A DNA stretch of 64,000 nt from Deltaproteobacteria bacterium (GTDB lineage Bacteria; Myxococcota; Kuafuiibacteriia; Kuafuiibacteriales; Kuafuiibacteriaceae): contig JAVJQW010000033.1 of the NCBI GenBank assembly GCA_040218735.1, positions 192,001-256,000 of the forward strand, read 5' to 3'. Shown one piece after another: positions 40,701 through 49,145 of this stretch. Every line of letters starts with the position of its first letter. Position 1 is the first letter of the stretch. The notes beneath the pieces are model-generated. The model did not search any database. It worked only from the letters and a program-made list of their open reading frames with translations, and was not told the DNA's origin. Made by a program: the position numbers and the translations under genes.

Positions 40701-41378
40701 GATCTCCCGCGCCGGGAGGAGCACCGCGTCCTCCACGTGATCCTGGGCGCGCTGGGAGGCCGGGTCGAAGAGGCGCAGCGAATCGATCGTGTCGCCGAAG
40801 AGATCGAGCCGCACCGGGAGCGCGCGATGGGGGCTGTAGACGTCGATGATGCCGCCGCGCACCGAGAAGGTGCCGGGGTCCTCGACCTTCGACACCGAGT
40901 TGTAGCCGGACGCGACGAGCTTCGCGAGGAGCGCCTTGCGGTCGATCTCCTCGTCCTTCATCACGTACTCACCCGCGTCGTCGAAGAACCCGGGCGGGAC
41001 GTGTTTCTTCACGAACGCGTGGGGCGTCACGACCGCCGCCCGCACGGTCTTGGGTTCCTTCGCGAGTCGATACAGCGCGTTGATGCGCTCCATCACCGCG
41101 ACGGTGTCGGGTGAGTACTCCTCGTACGGTGACTTCTCGTCCGCGCCGACGAACACGAGGCCACGGTCGCGCGCCTCTTCGTCGGTCGTCGCCAACATGA
41201 ACGCGAGGTCGCGGTAGAGCGCCTCCGCGTCGGTCTGATCCTTCGCGACGAGGATGGGGCGTTTGCCGTGGGCGATGAGCTCCGCCGCGACCTGAGCGCG
41301 GAGCGCGCCGTCGACGTGCGGCAGTTGGATGCGGCGCTGCTTCTCGAGCTCGCGCAGGATGAGGGCCGCCGGCGTCAC
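37779..41378 (-). CDS. mfd: Transcription-repair coupling factor
   Basis: FSVRGGIID, CarD-like VVHVDYGIG, DRLICGDVGYGKTEVA, DEEHRFG, SATPIPRT, LYQLKGRVGR, TRCF C-terminus. Confidence 0.97.
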   Translation of the reverse strand: MTPAALILRELEKQRRIQLPHVDGALRAQVAAELIAHGKRPILVAKDQTDAEALYRDLAFMLATTDEEARDRGLVFVGADEKSPYEEYSPDTVAVMERINALYRLAKEPKTVRAAVVTPHAFVKKHVPPGFFDDAGEYVMKDEEIDRKALLAKLVASGYNSVSKVEDPGTFSVRGGIIDVYSPHRALPVRLDLFGDTIDSLRLFDPASQRAQDHVEDAVLLPAREIVFTDEVAQHAIDRIETLAEETLIPTRKLNAILDDIQNHIHFFGIEAYLPLFHAQGLVGIDEYLMKGDDVVYLVSQPEGIETTSMDLLDEARLGYERALTAHQVAVEPSAHVEDGDLVLQRATKSERRVDMPDVVFGDVEPLRVKYQTTEEVRSEILRASRSRSDSEDVLAPLVERLRKWQSEGLTTLIVCHTRGQAERMRQLLEPKNVSVRRSKVPFSLPEFLQAKATAKEHRSARGLRDRSVHAWLVLGDISGGFVLPSAHLAVIAEEEIFGRRMKRRRRRTPAAGEFVSDLKDLQPGDYVVHVDYGIGHYKAMTKLAVNGVDSDYLEIEYKGGDKLYLPVHRLRLISKYVTASEGRSPALDKLGGTSWAKTKKRVKDTLLKMAAELLRLYAVRASQEGHAFESPDEVYRQFEAEFEFEPTPDQAKAIEDTIADMQKPHPMDRLICGDVGYGKTEVAMRAAMMAVLGRKQVAILVPTTVLAAQHFSVFKKRFENYPVEIAIVSRFQSKEEIKKTFEALKDGKIDIVIGTHRLLNKDVKFNDVGLLVIDEEHRFGVSHKERLKKYRAQVHVLALSATPIPRTLHMGFMGVRDMSMIATAPQDRLAVKTEVHKFSEEVIRKAIIDELRRGGQAFVVHNRVSSIYAFAKMLERLIPEARIGVGHGQMSEDRLERVMVDFMEKKTNVLLSTTIIESGIDIPNANTIVINRADRLGLAQLYQLKGRVGRSKTRGYAHFLIPAGNLTKKARARIAVLQRFTELGAGFQVASKDLEIRGAGNILGKQQAGTIAAIGFDMYQALLKEAIDELQGSARKSLKEPEIQIPVPAFIPDAYVPAPGERLSFYQRFNNAETDERTYDLLQEITDLYGNPPAEVENLAEVMLVKQRLWRVGAIGLDYGAETKAMPPRFVVRFDEGQTELSPAALVKYVQQDARRRKVTPEGKLMVYLSPFEDPREIITQVKDQLSQLLSEKQRAIT

Positions 41379-41442
41379 GGGCGCTTCGTACCCCGACGCG
41401 CGCTCAAAGATCAGCTGTCAATTGTGGGTCGGAAGCGACGGA

Positions 41443-42207
41443 TCACGCGGCTTCGCTCTGGGCGTCGAAGCCGTCGAGGCGGCCGACTTCCAGCACGTCG
41501 AGCCAATCCAGGAATCGCCCGACGTCTTCACCGCGGAAGATGGCGCCGTGCTGCGGGCAGATCATGGACGGATTCAGCGCACGCACGCGCTTGGACCAGC
41601 TGCGCAGCGCAGGGGTGCTGGGCATCCACCGTTGGTGGAACCCGCGCATGTACCCGACGTGTTGGTCGAAGTTCTCCACGAACAGCGACGTTTCGTGGCT
41701 CGGGAGGAGCGCGGCGCCGACGTCGCCGGAGAACAAGATCCGCGACGTGGGGTCGAACAATCCGAAATTGCCCGAGGCGTGGCAGTAGTGCGCGGGCACC
41801 GCCTGCAAGCGGGCGTTGCCGATCGGGATGGGCATCCCTTCGTCCGGGATCTCGATGATGTTCGCCGCGCGCCCCATCGCGAAGTGCGCGATGAAGCTTG
41901 TCCACATCCAGGAGACGTAGGTCTTCACGTTCGGACACAGGTCGAGCCACATCGGCAGCGACGACACGATGTCCGGATCCTGGTGGCTCGCGAAGAGCGC
42001 GACCACGTCGTCGACCGCGCAGTAGCGCGTCAGCTCGGAGAGCACACGCGGGAAGATCTCGATCCCACCCGGGTCGGGGAGCAACGTCCCGTTCGGCGTG
42101 ACGACGGCGTACTCGTTGGTGTCGATGACCTCGTCGCGTTTCTTCGGATCGCGCCCCATCACGACCCAGCGGTGGGTGGGGCCTTCGTACAGGACTTCAC
42201 TTCTCAT
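41443..42207 (-). CDS. MBL-fold oxygen-binding di-iron protein (ODP)
   Basis: DTNEY, DPGG, SHQDPD, AHYCHASGN, FSGDVG, FHQRWMPS, CPQHG. Confidence 0.85.
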   Translation of the reverse strand: MRSEVLYEGPTHRWVVMGRDPKKRDEVIDTNEYAVVTPNGTLLPDPGGIEIFPRVLSELTRYCAVDDVVALFASHQDPDIVSSLPMWLDLCPNVKTYVSWMWTSFIAHFAMGRAANIIEIPDEGMPIPIGNARLQAVPAHYCHASGNFGLFDPTSRILFSGDVGAALLPSHETSLFVENFDQHVGYMRGFHQRWMPSTPALRSWSKRVRALNPSMICPQHGAIFRGEDVGRFLDWLDVLEVGRLDGFDAQSEAA

Positions 42208-42967
42208 CGACTTCGACTCCCCTCTCGAGCGCGGCGAGGAGGCGTTGTCCGTCGCTCGCGATGCGCCCCAACTTCTGGAGGCGCTCTTCCAGGACATCCA
42301 CGGTGGTGGCGACACGGTCGCCGAAGCTCACGAAGCGGTCCGCGTCGTCGTGGATGCGGGCGACCTCGACGCGAACACACTGGGAGATGTAGCGGCCGGT
42401 GCGGACGATCGAGCAGAGGTCCATGAGCAGCTCTCGCACCTCGTCGATCTTGGTGCCGGCCTCCTGCGTCAGGTGTACGACCTCCGCGAGGTTGGGCCGG
42501 ACGCGCGCGCCGATGGTGCTCACCGCGCGTCGCTCGGTGACCGTGAGCGACGCCCGCGACATATCGGCGGACAGGGCGACGAGATCCTTCGTGCTGACGA
42601 AGCGCCGGTCGATCGCCGCGACATCGTGCCGCTTGGCGATCTCCAACAACGCCTGGACCTCGAGCGAGTACACGCGGATGACGTGGGTGCAGCGCGACAC
42701 CGCCTCGGCGACGTCGCGACACTTCGCGTCGATCTGCTCCACGATGGGCTGGATCTCGTTCGGGAGGTCGGAGAGGAACTGCGTCAGCACCGACAGCGAT
42801 CCACCCTCTTCGCGCCCGAGCTTCGCCGCGTGTACGACGCCGTTTCGCGCGAGGAGCCGCATCTGAAACGCGAGCTCCAGCAGCGGACGGGCGCTGTTCT
42901 GCACGTCCACGCAGACCCCGAAGATCCGATTCACGCGCTGGTTGAGGTCGAGGAGAGCGGCGGTCAC
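42197..42967 (-). CDS. Soluble protein with degenerate MCP-signal-like hairpins
   Basis: QMRLLARNGVVHAAKLGREEGGSLSVL resembles the MCP tip QTNLLALNAAIEAARAGE; second weaker copy ISQCVRVEVARIHDDADRF; no TM; start uncertain. Confidence 0.65.
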   Translation of the reverse strand: MTAALLDLNQRVNRIFGVCVDVQNSARPLLELAFQMRLLARNGVVHAAKLGREEGGSLSVLTQFLSDLPNEIQPIVEQIDAKCRDVAEAVSRCTHVIRVYSLEVQALLEIAKRHDVAAIDRRFVSTKDLVALSADMSRASLTVTERRAVSTIGARVRPNLAEVVHLTQEAGTKIDEVRELLMDLCSIVRTGRYISQCVRVEVARIHDDADRFVSFGDRVATTVDVLEERLQKLGRIASDGQRLLAALERGVEVDEK

Positions 42968-43059
42968 GTGCCTGACGACATCGGCCGACTTCGGGGGAAC
43001 GTTAACCCGGATCCACCAAATTGCGCCTCGAACCGACACGCGAGCGGTACCCTCTCGAG

Positions 43060-43569
43060 GTGACCCCGATCCGACGAACAGGGCTTCTCGTCGCGGTCTA
43101 CGCCGCGGTCTACGCCGCGTTCTGCCTGTGGATCCACGCCGACGGGCACACACCGTCGGCCCCGTCGCCGTTCGTCGCACCCTCGCAGCAGTACCTCGTG
43201 CAGGCCGTCCTGCTCGTCCCCGCGTCATTCCTGATCTGGGGTCTCGTCGGCGCGACGGTGCACGCGGTGGCGCGCGCGCTGGGCGGCGAGGGCGATCGCA
43301 CCGCGACGCTCGCGGAGGTCGGGCGGGCGTGGGCCGCGCCGACGTTGGTGGTGTTCGTGGTGCCGGACGTCGTGACCTACGCGGTGGCCGGGTTCGACGC
43401 GCTCGGCCGGACCATGCGTCTCACGGCGCCGCTCACGCTGGTGTTGGTGGGGGTGTCGATGCACTTCGCGGTGCGTCGTACCCACGGCTCGAGCGGGCTG
43501 CGGACGACGCTCGCCGTGCTCGCGGGCATCGTGGTCCTCGGGGCGCTGCACGGGCCGTGGCTCCGGTGA
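43060..43569 (+). CDS. Multi-pass membrane protein (Yip1-like)
   Basis: About five hydrophobic segments; VHAVARALGGEG Yip1-type motif. Confidence 0.65.
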   Translation: MTPIRRTGLLVAVYAAVYAAFCLWIHADGHTPSAPSPFVAPSQQYLVQAVLLVPASFLIWGLVGATVHAVARALGGEGDRTATLAEVGRAWAAPTLVVFVVPDVVTYAVAGFDALGRTMRLTAPLTLVLVGVSMHFAVRRTHGSSGLRTTLAVLAGIVVLGALHGPWLR

Positions 43570-44262
43570 TCAATCCCAGACGAAGAGCCACTTCACGCCC
43601 TTGAAGAGGCCGTAGAAGACCCAGCCGACCGGGCCGGGGGAGACGTCGTCTTCGTAGCGCACGTCGATCGTCGCGAGGGCGATCTGGCGGGAGAGGTTGC
43701 GCATCTCGGCTTCGAGCGTCTCGAGCTCGAGCGTCACGCGGGACAGCTCCTTCTCGACCGCGAGGATCTCCTTCACGTCCTGCGCCTTCTCGAGGAGCGA
43801 GCGCAAGCGCGCTTGCAGGTGCTTCGCGTTCTCGATCCGAATGCCGAGGTCGCGGTGCTGCCGGCTCACGTCCGAGACGCGGTGGCCACGGCCGGTGACC
43901 TCGCCGAGCTTCTCCAACGCTGCGATCGCCTCGTCGAGCTGGTCGGCCGGGACGCGCATCGTGAAGCCGGACGCGCTCTCGGTCGCGAGGTAGCCGCCGA
44001 AGCCCTCGGCGACCTGCTGCGCCTTTTGGTTGAGCTGCTTGCGCTCGTCGCCGTCGTCGTCGATCTCGAAGACCAGCCAGGCGGTGCGGATGAGCTTGCG
44101 GTCGGTCGGTGCGGCCTCGCCGCCGGCCGCGTCGTTGTCGCGGGCTTCCAGCTCGACGGCGCCGATCGCGCCCTGGGACGCGGTCATGACCGGGCCTTCG
44201 GAGGCGGCGTTGGCGCAGGCGGCGATCAGGAGGAGGGGGAGGCAACGGACGTTCGCGTGCAT
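43570..44262 (-). CDS. DUF4349 domain putative lipoprotein
   Basis: Lipobox LIAAC; RKLIRTA, MRVPADQLD, DVSRQHRDL, EILAVEKEL. Confidence 0.85.
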   Translation of the reverse strand: MHANVRCLPLLLIAACANAASEGPVMTASQGAIGAVELEARDNDAAGGEAAPTDRKLIRTAWLVFEIDDDGDERKQLNQKAQQVAEGFGGYLATESASGFTMRVPADQLDEAIAALEKLGEVTGRGHRVSDVSRQHRDLGIRIENAKHLQARLRSLLEKAQDVKEILAVEKELSRVTLELETLEAEMRNLSRQIALATIDVRYEDDVSPGPVGWVFYGLFKGVKWLFVWD

Positions 44263-44321
44263 ATGAAGGCGTTGAACGCACGCCGTCCGGATCGGGTCTT
44301 CGGTTTTTCGCCTTCGTCGCG

Positions 44322-45632
44322 TCAGCGCACGTAGATCGGGTTCGCGTAGATCCAGACGTAGGATTCGGCCGCCAGCGAACGGTAGCTCGCCAGCGCGTCC
44401 GCGAGGTGGCGGGGCACGATGCGCACCTCGGCCCGGTACGCCCCGGGCTCGGACGGCGTGAACGACAGGTCCCCGGCGCCGCTCGCGACCTCCGCCCACC
44501 CGTCGGCCGTGGCGCGGAGCAGGCGCGTGGTGATCTCGGGGGGCGTCACGTCGGCGTCCAGGTCCTGGAGCGTGGGCGCGCGCACCTCGAGCTTGGCGCT
44601 CGCGAGCGGGACCTCATCGCCCATCTCGGCGCCCGGCGCGAAGTAGTCGAAGCCGACCGGGTACCCGAACGCTTCGAAGGCGCCGTAGAGCCGCCCGTTC
44701 GCGAGGGCGCGTTTGAGCGCGAGGTCGTCGTCGCCGTCGACGAGGAGGTGGTTGCTGAACCAGATCATCATGCGCCGGTAGCTGTCGACGCGTTCGCCGT
44801 CCGCGAGCTCGGCCTGGAAGGTGTTGCGGTGGCAGTCGGTGCCCATCGTCGTCGTGCGCCGCACGCCCTGCGCGAGGGTTTGGGACCAGCGCGAGAGGTA
44901 GCGGTCGTCCTCGTTGACGAGCGCGAGGAACGCGAGGTCCGGGTGCATCAGATCCGTGTCGCCGCGCTCGAGCCTCAGGAGTAGCTCCAGCACGTTGCCC
45001 GCCGCGTTCAGCGTGTTCGCGTGGAGGTTGTACATCTCGAACCCGTCGACCGGCAGCGTTGCGAGCTGCTCCACGGTCCAATCCTCGGTGTGTTGCAGCA
45101 ACACCACCGCGCCCTGGTCGTGCATCTTCTCGATCGCGTCGGGCTCGGGGCGTCCGTAGAGCGCGCGGTCCTCGAGGTGGCCCTCCAGCCCGACCGCCAT
45201 CACGGCGGTCTCGGTGCCGGCGAGGAGCATCACATCGCGGTCGTCGCAACGTATCGTCGACGCCACCGCGCGTCCGCTGCGCTCGTGCAGACGGTCGCCG
45301 AGCTCGGGGCGGTACAGGAGCACCTCCGGGAACTCGGTCTCGGCGAACGCGTCGGAGTGGTCCGTGAGCATCACGAAGTCGTGCCCCGACTGGCACACGC
45401 CGCGACGTAGATCCGCGAGGCAGGCTTCGTCGCGGACGCCGTCCTTCTCCGGCTCCCCGTCGCAGGCGTCGTGGGAGTAGATCGAGTGCGCGTGGATGAT
45501 GCCGCGGACGTCCTTCAGCCCGCGTCGTTCGGCGTGCGCGGAGGGCCGCGTCTGCCCGGGTGCCCAGGGCGTCGCCGCCTCCTTCGAAGTGCACGCCGCG
45601 AGGACGAGCAGGAGGCAGGCCGCCCGGTTCAT
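44322..45632 (-). CDS. PHP-domain metallohydrolase putative lipoprotein
   Basis: Lipobox LVLAAC; GIIHAHSIYSHD, DFVMLTDH, GTDCH, WIYANPIYV. Confidence 0.8.
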   Translation of the reverse strand: MNRAACLLLVLAACTSKEAATPWAPGQTRPSAHAERRGLKDVRGIIHAHSIYSHDACDGEPEKDGVRDEACLADLRRGVCQSGHDFVMLTDHSDAFAETEFPEVLLYRPELGDRLHERSGRAVASTIRCDDRDVMLLAGTETAVMAVGLEGHLEDRALYGRPEPDAIEKMHDQGAVVLLQHTEDWTVEQLATLPVDGFEMYNLHANTLNAAGNVLELLLRLERGDTDLMHPDLAFLALVNEDDRYLSRWSQTLAQGVRRTTTMGTDCHRNTFQAELADGERVDSYRRMMIWFSNHLLVDGDDDLALKRALANGRLYGAFEAFGYPVGFDYFAPGAEMGDEVPLASAKLEVRAPTLQDLDADVTPPEITTRLLRATADGWAEVASGAGDLSFTPSEPGAYRAEVRIVPRHLADALASYRSLAAESYVWIYANPIYVR

Positions 45633-47086
45633 GCGAGGAAGCGCTTGCCGAGCGCGTCGAGGTCCAGGGCGGGGTAGGGCGAGAAGCGCTTCATCAGCGC
45701 ATCGACGCCGTCGCGCGCCTTGTCCGCGGCGCCTTCGACCGTCCACGTGTACTTGGCCTTGCTGCCGGGTTTGGACGCCATGCCGTCGAGGATCGTCGCG
45801 TAGACGTCCGCGACCGCGTCCATCTCCGCTTCCTTCATGCCGATCGTCGTGAGCGCGGCGGTGCCGGCGCGGAGGCCGGAGGTGTACCAGGCGCCGTTTT
45901 CGTCGAACGGGATCGTGTTGCGGTTGAGCGTGATGCGGCACTCGCGGAACGCCTCCTCCGCCTGGCGGCCGGTGTACCCGCGATCGCGGAGGTCGACGAG
46001 GACGAGGTGGTTCTCGGTCCCGTGCGTCAGCACCTTCACGCTGCGCTTCTCGAGCGACGCCGCGAGGGCCTGCGCGTTCTTCACGATCTGCGCGGCGTAG
46101 TCTTTGAACTCGGGGCGCAGCGCTTCCTTGAAGCAGACGCCCTTCGCCGCCATCACGTGCGGCAACGGACCGCCCGCCACGAGCGGGCAGCCGCGGTTGA
46201 GCTGATCGCGGAACTCCTTCGTCGACAGCACCATCCCGCCGCGCGGCCCGCGGAGTGTCTTGTGGGTGGTGGTCGTGACGATCTGCGCGTGGGGCACCGG
46301 GTCGAAGTCGCCGGTGAAGACCTTGCCGGCGACGAGCCCGGCGAAGTGCGCCATGTCGACCATCAGCACGGCGCCGCAGTCGTCGGCGATCTGGCGCATC
46401 TTGGCGAAGTTCACCTTGCGCGGGTACGCGGAGTAACCGGCGATGAGGATCAGCGGCTTGACCTCCTTCGCCTGCTTCGCGATTTCGTCGTAGTCGAGCA
46501 GCCCCGTCTCCTTCGAGACGCTGTAGCTGAACGCCTCGAACATCTTCGCGGAGACGTTGTGGCGGAAGCCGTGGGTGAGGTGCCCGCCGGAGTAGAGGCC
46601 GGGCCCGAGGATGCGCTGGTTGCCGAGCTTCTGCCGGACGGCCTCCCACTCCTCGTGTGACATCGTCGCGGGGTTCTTGTCGCCGACCGCGGGGGCCTCG
46701 ACGCGGTTGGTGAGCACCGACCAGAACGCGATCAGGTTGGCGTCCGCGCCGGAGTGCGGCTGCACGTACGCGTGTTCGGCGCCGAAGAGCTCACACGCCC
46801 AGCGCGCGGTCTGCGCCTCGATGGCGTCGACGTTCTCGCAGCCGGCGTAGAAGCGGCGCGGTTTGATGTCGTCCTCGTACTCGACGTAGCCCTCGGCGTA
46901 CTTGTCGGTGAGGAGGTTCGCCATGGCGAACTGCGTGGCGAGCGAGCTGTAGTTCTCGCTCGCGATCATCTTGAGGTTGCGGCCCTGGTCGAACAGCTCT
47001 TGGACGATCGGGCGCGCGATCTCGGGCGCGACCTGGTTGACCACTTCGATGAGGTTGAGGAAAGCGAGCTGTTCGGGGGAGGACAT
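45629..47086 (-). CDS. glyA: Serine hydroxymethyltransferase (long form)
   Basis: MIASENY, DKYAEG, QPHSGADAN, GGHLTHG, DMAHFAGLVA, TTTHKTLRGPRGG; ATG 47086 preferred from promoter spacing. Confidence 0.95.
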   Translation of the reverse strand: MSSPEQLAFLNLIEVVNQVAPEIARPIVQELFDQGRNLKMIASENYSSLATQFAMANLLTDKYAEGYVEYEDDIKPRRFYAGCENVDAIEAQTARWACELFGAEHAYVQPHSGADANLIAFWSVLTNRVEAPAVGDKNPATMSHEEWEAVRQKLGNQRILGPGLYSGGHLTHGFRHNVSAKMFEAFSYSVSKETGLLDYDEIAKQAKEVKPLILIAGYSAYPRKVNFAKMRQIADDCGAVLMVDMAHFAGLVAGKVFTGDFDPVPHAQIVTTTTHKTLRGPRGGMVLSTKEFRDQLNRGCPLVAGGPLPHVMAAKGVCFKEALRPEFKDYAAQIVKNAQALAASLEKRSVKVLTHGTENHLVLVDLRDRGYTGRQAEEAFRECRITLNRNTIPFDENGAWYTSGLRAGTAALTTIGMKEAEMDAVADVYATILDGMASKPGSKAKYTWTVEGAADKARDGVDALMKRFSPYPALDLDALGKRFLA

Positions 47087-47093
47087 GGGCGAT

Positions 47094-47122
47094 TCGCTAA
47101 CGAGCGCCATGGAACCTGTCAA
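47094..47122 (-). promoter_or_regulatory. Sigma70-type promoter of glyA
   Basis: TTGACA (47122-47117), 17-nt spacer, TAGCGA (47099-47094), 7 nt, then ATG. Confidence 0.65.
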
Positions 47123-47145
47123 GCGGTGCAGGTAGGCTCCGCGCG

Positions 47146-48390
47146 TTGCTCGAGACCCTGCGACGCACCTGGAACCGGCGGATGCTCATCTGCGTCCTCA
47201 CCGGTTTTTCGTCCGGGCTGCCGCTGTACATCCTGATCCAGCTGTTGCCGGGGTGGCTGAAGGACGAGGGCGTCGACATCAAAACGATCGGACTGTTCGC
47301 GTGGGCGACGACGCCGTACACGTGGAAGTTCATCTGGTCACCGCTGCTCGACCGGTACGTGCCGCCGTTCCTCGGGCGACGCCGCGGGTGGGCGCTCGTC
47401 ACGCAGGTCCTGTTGCTCGGCTCGATCGCCGCGCTCTCGCCGCTCGATCCCAAGGGATCGGTGTGGACGATAGCGTACGTCGCGCTCGCGATCTCCTTCT
47501 TCTCGGCGAGCCAGGACATCGTCCTCGACGCCTACCGTCGCGAGCTGCTCCCGGACGAGGAGCTGGGGCTCGGCAACTCTTACTTCGTGAACGCGTACCG
47601 CGTCGCGGGGTTCGTCCCGGGCGGGCTCGCGTTCATCCTCGCGGATCACTTGCCGTGGTCGATGGTGCACCTCGTCGTCGCGGCGTTCATGGTCGTGGGG
47701 ATCGTCGCGACGTTGTTCATCCCCGAGCCGGACGTCGAGGCGCCGCCGCCGCGCACGTTGACGGAAGCGATCGTCGAGCCGCTGAACGAGTTCTTCACGC
47801 GGCGCGGGGGGCGTTGGGCGTTCGAGACGCTGGCGTTTTTGTTCCTCTACAAACTCGGCGACAACATGGCGGTCGCGTTGTCGACCCCGTTCTATCTGGA
47901 CCTCGGCTTCTCGAAGACGGTGGTCGGGACGACGGCGAAGCTCGTCGGGTTCTGGGCGGCGATCGTCGGCGGGTTCCTCGGGGGCGGGGTGATGCTGAAG
48001 ATCGGGATCAACCGCGCGTTGTGGTTGTTCGGTGGCGTGCAGATCATCTCGATCCTCGGTTTCGCCGCGCTGTCGGTCGTGGGCGCGGACCAGCGGATGC
48101 TCGCGGCGGCGGTCGGGTTCGAGTACCTCGGGGTGGGGCTCGGTACCGCGGCCTTCGTGGCGTTCATGGCGCGGACGACCAACAAGCGCTTCACCGCCAC
48201 GCAGTTCGCGTTGTTCTCGAGCTTCATCGGTGTGCCGCGGACCCTCGCGAGCAGCCTGACGGGGTACGTCGTGGAGGCGGTCGGATGGACGACGTTCTTC
48301 CTGATCTGCACCGCTTTGGCCGTGCCCGGAATGCTCATGCTGTTCCGCGTCGCACCCTGGAACGAGGATCGCCCGGCCGCTTTGACGTGA
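47146..48390 (+). CDS. ampG: AmpG-family muropeptide MFS permease
   Basis: GFSSGLP, WKFIWSPLLDR, GRRRGW, SASQDIVLDAYRRE, LYKLGD, ATQFALFSS. Confidence 0.92.
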   Translation: MLETLRRTWNRRMLICVLTGFSSGLPLYILIQLLPGWLKDEGVDIKTIGLFAWATTPYTWKFIWSPLLDRYVPPFLGRRRGWALVTQVLLLGSIAALSPLDPKGSVWTIAYVALAISFFSASQDIVLDAYRRELLPDEELGLGNSYFVNAYRVAGFVPGGLAFILADHLPWSMVHLVVAAFMVVGIVATLFIPEPDVEAPPPRTLTEAIVEPLNEFFTRRGGRWAFETLAFLFLYKLGDNMAVALSTPFYLDLGFSKTVVGTTAKLVGFWAAIVGGFLGGGVMLKIGINRALWLFGGVQIISILGFAALSVVGADQRMLAAAVGFEYLGVGLGTAAFVAFMARTTNKRFTATQFALFSSFIGVPRTLASSLTGYVVEAVGWTTFFLICTALAVPGMLMLFRVAPWNEDRPAALT

Positions 48391-48416
48391 CCCCCGAGGC
48401 GAGGTAGAGCGCCGCC

Positions 48417-48938
48417 ATGGGTACACCGAACTTTCCTGACGTGAGCGACGTGAAGGGCGCCATCCTTCACACTTCGATGGGCGACATCGAGGTCAAACTC
48501 TTCTCCGACCTCGTCCCGAAGACGGTCGGCAACTTCGTCGGTCTCGCCGAGGGCACCATCCCGTGGTCGGGCGGCTCCGGTCCGCTCTACAAACACGTCC
48601 TCTTCCACCGCGTGATCAAGGACTTCATGCTCCAGGGCGGCGACCCTGACGGCACCGGCCGCGGCGGCCCGGGCTACCGCTTCGAGGACGAGTTCCACGC
48701 CTCGCTGCGTCACAGCAAACCCGGCATCCTCTCCATGGCCAACGCGGGCCCCGGCACGAACGGCTCGCAGTTCTTCATCACGACGGTCCCGACGCCGCAC
48801 CTCGACAACCGGCACTCGGTGTTCGGCGAGGTCGTCAACGGGATGGATGTCGTCTCGAAGATCGAGAACGCGCCGACGGGCGCGGGGGATCGTCCGGTCG
48901 AGGACGTGTTCCTGGAGAGCGTCGACATCATCAGGTAG
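48417..48938 (+). CDS. Cyclophilin-type peptidyl-prolyl isomerase
   Basis: [44 protein letters not shown]. Confidence 0.95.
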   Translation: MGTPNFPDVSDVKGAILHTSMGDIEVKLFSDLVPKTVGNFVGLAEGTIPWSGGSGPLYKHVLFHRVIKDFMLQGGDPDGTGRGGPGYRFEDEFHASLRHSKPGILSMANAGPGTNGSQFFITTVPTPHLDNRHSVFGEVVNGMDVVSKIENAPTGAGDRPVEDVFLESVDIIR

Positions 48939-48974
48939 GCCGAAGGCCCAAGGCCAGGCCGAAGGCCCAAGGCC
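48937..48974. repeat. Perfect 19-bp tandem duplication
   Basis: AGGCCGAAGGCCCAAGGCC at 48937-48955 and 48956-48974. Confidence 0.9.
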
Positions 48975-48975
48975 T

Positions 48976-49089
48976 CCCTTGAACTTGAACTTGCCCTTTC
49001 CCTTGCCCTATTCCTCAGCGCCCGCCGTCACCCCCGCCAGGAATCAACGCCGCTGAGGGCAAGGTAAAGGGCAAGTTCAAGTTCAAGGG
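48976..49089. repeat. Long inverted repeat (34-bp arms, 1 mismatch) with hexamer periodicity
   Basis: CCCTTGAACTTGAACTTGCCCTTTCCCTTGCCCT (48976-49009) versus AGGGCAAGGTAAAGGGCAAGTTCAAGTTCAAGGG (49056-49089). Confidence 0.9.
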
Positions 49090-49145
49090 GCGGCCGTGCC
49101 TCGATCCTTGCTCCCTGCCCTCCTCCTGCCCTACAGACGGGCATC

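Noticed and set aside
48937-49089. Possible CRISPR array or IS ends
   Set aside because: No repeat-spacer series, cas gene, transposase or flanking target-site duplication; kept only as a palindrome.
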